A DNA stretch of 64,000 bases from Pecten maximus (taxonomy: Eukaryota), in assembly GCF_902652985.1 (NCBI RefSeq), contig NC_047017.1, forward strand, positions 39,370,001-39,434,000, read 5' to 3'. Shown here piece by piece: positions 61,501 to 64,000 of the stretch; positions within the stretch are counted from its first letter, which is position 1, and every line of letters begins with the position of its first letter. Both the position numbers and the translations under genes were made by a program. Below the pieces are notes generated by a model. That model had not been told where the DNA came from. It saw nothing but the letters and a program-made list of their open reading frames with translations, and did no database searches.

Positions 61501-64000
61501 TCTGCCCCTCATACAGAGAATGATTTTGATAAATACTCACAGCACTTGAATCCATTAATTCCAGCCATGGTTGAGACTTCTGGGATTGCTGGCACTGCTG
61601 TCAGCTCCAGACAACCACAGATATGGAGACAGGAGTCTAAGATTGATGGCAGTTCATTACTGAAATCAATTACAGGAACAGGTACGCAACCTAGAGAAGG
61701 AATGGAATTGGGGTACCACACACAATCTAGTGAGACCTCTAGCCTAGTATCTAAAGCTGCTGGCAGTGATACAAAAGTTGATGGCATGGCCTTGTTACAA
61801 GCTCTTGGTGGTGGGGCTTCAAACACTTCTGCTGAGCCAGAACTACTGCCATCTTACAGTGTCGGGGATAATCCCAAAGAACAGTCAGTTCAAAATACAA
61901 GGGCCATGATGTTTTCAGAAAGCAGGTACATGGACCAAACCAAAGCACTCACATGTCACACTCAGCTACGGGAGGCAGAAGCTTGTCTGAAAGGTTTAAG
62001 AGAGCGCACTCCACTGATGGCACTGAAGGACCAGGCTGTTGATAATGTTCGTTACGGAGTACTGAATGATGACCCAGGTGACAAGACGATTGTGTTTACT
62101 CAAGGGGATGATATGCAGCAGACAGAAGTGCTGCCAGTCGGATTACAATTAAACTCCCAACCTTCTGACGGGGAGGTTTCTTGTCTGTCTGGACATGTCA
62201 ACAGACAGAGCCTTCTACGGTCCTTAGGCGGATCTGATGAAACTGACAGCCCTGAGGTATTATTTGCAAAGAAGTTTGAAACATCAAATTCAAATATTGA
62301 GAGACCACCATTCAAGGGATATGATACAACACATCAGAGAGAGGCGACCATTGTGTTTCAACAAGGACTGGAAATGGAGGAAACAGGAGTTATACATGCC
62401 CAAATTGATAGACAAGATGAGTTTTTGTGTGCAAATACATCTGACAATGGAAAAGTGCAATTTTACCTTGGGAGTGACTCGGAGGAAATACAATCTGCAG
62501 ACATGCCAATGTACAGACCAGTGGAACAAAAAACTGTCAACAAAACATTGATTTATCAAGATGGTGCAGACATGGAACAAACTGAAGTACTGGATAGTAA
62601 TATAAACCACAGATCGCTGGCACAACCTCCTATCAACCAAACGATGATACAGGGGGCAGACATGGATCAAACTGAAGTACTGGATAGTAAAATAAACCAC
62701 AGATCGCTGACACAACCTCCTATCAACCAAACACTGATACAGGGGGCAGACATGGATCAAACTGAAGTACTGGATAGTAAAATAAACCACAGATCGCTGA
62801 CACAACCTCCTATCAACCAAACGCTGACACAGGGGGTATCCATGAAACAAACAGGAGTTATATCCAACAATATTTTATCAAACACATCAACTTTCCAAAG
62901 GTCAGATAGCAAAACTCTAATATTTCAAGATGGCGCCGATATGGAACAAACAGGAGTCATATCCAACAATATTTTATCAAATACATCAACTCTCCAAAGG
63001 TCAGATAGCAAAACTCTGATATTTCAAGATGGTGCCGATATGGAACAAACAGGAGTCATATCCAACAATATTTTATCAAATACATCAACTCTCCAAAGGT
63101 CAGATAGCAAAACTCTGATATTTCAAGATGGTGCCGATATGGAACAAACAGGAGTCATATCCAACAATATTTTATCAAATACATCAACTCTCCAAAGGTC
63201 AGATAGCAAAACTCTGATATTTCAAGATGGCGCCGACATGGAACAAACAGGAGTCATATCCAACAATATTTTATCAAATACATCAACTCTCCAATGGTCC
63301 GATAGCAAAACTCTAATATTTCAAGATGGCGCAGACATGGAAGAAACTGGAGTCATTGATACTAAATTTATTAACCGATCATTGGTACGACCAGTCAACC
63401 AAACCGTGATGGATGGGGCTGCCATGGAAGAGACTGGTGTCATTGATGCTAAAATTACCAACCGATCATTGGTACGACCAGCCAACCAAACCGTGATGGA
63501 TGGGGCTGCCATGGAAGAGACTGGTGTCATTGATACTAAGATTACCAACCGATCATTGGTACGACCAGTCAACCAAACCATAATGGATGGGGCTGCCATG
63601 GAAGAGACTGGTGTCATTGATACTAAATTTATTAACCGATCATTGGTACGACCAGTCAACCAAACCGTAATGGATGGGGCTACCATGGAAGAGACTGGAG
63701 TCATTGATACAAAAATTACCAACCGATCATTGGTACGACCAGCCAACCAAACCGTGATGGATGGGGCTGCCATGGAAGAGACTGGTGTCATTGATACTAA
63801 ATTTATTAACCGATCATTGGTACGACCAGCCAACCAAACCGTGATGGATGGGGCTGCCATGGAAGAGACTGGTGTCATTGATACAAAAATTACCAACAGA
63901 TCATTGGTACGACCAGCCAACCAAACTGTGATGGATGGGGCTGCCATGGAAGAGACTGGTGTCATTGATACAAAAATTACCAACAGATCATTGGTACGAC
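52483..64000 (+). CDS. KNL1: KNL1/Spc105/CASC5 kinetochore scaffold, 5' part (runs off the window end)
   Basis: Exons 52483-52505, 53101-53152, 54443-54493, 54831-54910, 58367-58410, 59724-59748, 60256-60308, 60756-60786 and 61473->64000 splice GT-AG with continuous phase. They give MMEEETERLTLNLNSKRRSKRRSSSILK...SKRVSFARLLEVKEF...: SILK and RVSF PP1-docking motifs, KI-like motifs, and TxxF/Y + MELT-like repeats. Confidence 0.88.
53101..53152 (+). CDS. KNL1: KNL1 exon (LTLNLNSKRRSKRRSSS)
   Basis: ttattgcag| ... TCT|gtgagt; supplies the S of SILK. Confidence 0.85.
53238..53771. mobile_element. non-autonomous Helentron (HINE)-like element
   Basis: TTTATTAGCTCAC...GCCC-TAA-GGGC...GTGAGCTT hairpin end, then a (C/T)GTC-like microsatellite, repeated ATGAAATTTGGTC units and a TGGGCCTCTT end; layout typical of bivalve HINEs (recognised from family knowledge). 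Confidence 0.6.
54443..54493 (+). CDS. KNL1: KNL1 exon (ILKTTIGPLLDIDPNKQ)
   Basis: ctttcag|ATTTTGAAG...CAG|gtaaga; completes SILK. Confidence 0.85.
54831..54910 (+). CDS. KNL1: KNL1 exon with RVSF motif
   Basis: ctgtcag|...KRVSFARLLEV...|gtaagt. Confidence 0.9.
55652..57845 (-). mobile_element. 5'-truncated, degenerate Penelope-like retroelement (RT C-terminus + Cys-rich linker + GIY-YIG endonuclease; Neptune-like) with inverted terminal repeats
   Basis: Minus strand 57350-56425 reads TDLYSKPTDTYQYLRPSSCHP...LLARGY...AYRRPKNVRDLVV...CKFC...VVYLLSCKKCKMQYVGET...RERYWITNLQTCYPRGMN, with a stop and frameshifts. 55653-55953 is inverted at 57443-57752, and 55952-56018 is repeated directly at 57351-57417. 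Confidence 0.92.
55695..55733 (-). ncRNA. minimal type I hammerhead-ribozyme-like motif (U3-A8 variant) in the Penelope terminal repeat
   Basis: Minus strand UGUU-UUGAUAA-A-GGGGC(GGAUU)GCCUC-GAA-AAUU-U-AACA: stem I UGUU/AACA, 5-bp stem II, palindromic AAUU stem III. Degenerate copy on + strand at ~57672-57710. Confidence 0.6.
58367..58410 (+). CDS. KNL1: KNL1 exon (EFPRDSPRRCEDSP)
   Basis: tttttcag| ... CAG|gtactg; gives VKEF after RVSF. Confidence 0.75.
59724..60786 (+). CDS. KNL1: KNL1 small exons 59724-59748, 60256-60308 and 60756-60786
   Basis: Each is GT-AG bounded. Phases run 1-2, 2-1, 1-2 and link exon 58367-58410 to the large exon without stops. Low-complexity peptide, so less certain. 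Confidence 0.6.
61473..64000 (+). CDS. KNL1: KNL1 large exon with KI-like motifs and MELT-like repeat array
   Basis: ttttctttcag| acceptor; stop-free frame of >840 codons to the window end; M-x-x-T motifs preceded by T-x-x-F/Y (e.g. DSKTLIFQDGADMEQT). Confidence 0.9.
62572..64000 (+). repeat. coding tandem repeats in KNL1: 90 bp x3, 99 bp x5, 87 bp x7 or more
   Basis: Motif ATGs at 62572/62662/62752/62842 (period 90), 62941/63040/63139/63238/63337 (period 99), 63424/63511/63598/63685/63772/63859/63946 (period 87). Confidence 0.95.

Noticed and set aside
61509-63983. Minus-strand ORFs of 65-220 aa (e.g. 63321-63983, 62290-62850)
   Set aside because: Antisense shadows of the stop-free plus-strand KNL1 exon; the plus frame has the splice acceptor and recognisable motifs

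Overview
AT-rich, intron- and minisatellite-rich animal DNA, most likely a bivalve mollusc (inferred from the repeat families). Two genes lie head-to-head around ~50.3-50.8 kb. (1) Minus strand, 24793-50253: a 19-exon type II membrane M1 zinc aminopeptidase (ERAP/LNPEP/ENPEP-like, ~988 aa) with GAMEN and HELAH-x18-E motifs. It has an apparent 1-nt frameshift in exon 14, and its stop codon lies inside the first unit of a 5.7-kb, 26-bp satellite. (2) Plus strand, 52483 to beyond the window end, essentially missed by the ORF track: a KNL1/Spc105 kinetochore scaffold gene. Its SILK and RVSF motifs are assembled from small exons, followed by a >2.5-kb open exon with KI-like helices and at least 19 non-canonical MELT-type repeats (MEQT/MDQT/MEET) in three recently amplified blocks of 90, 99 and 87 bp. 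The rest contains about 15 tandem arrays and several mobile elements: a 5'-truncated Penelope-like (GIY-YIG) element with inverted termini and a variant minimal hammerhead ribozyme, a HERO-like retrotransposon remnant whose C-terminal codons appear to have seeded a 70-bp satellite, a TRIM-like element with tRNA-containing terminal repeats, a CR1/L2 RT fragment, and hAT, MITE and Helentron-like elements. Exon structures were read by hand from GT-AG sites and phase continuity, without transcript data.
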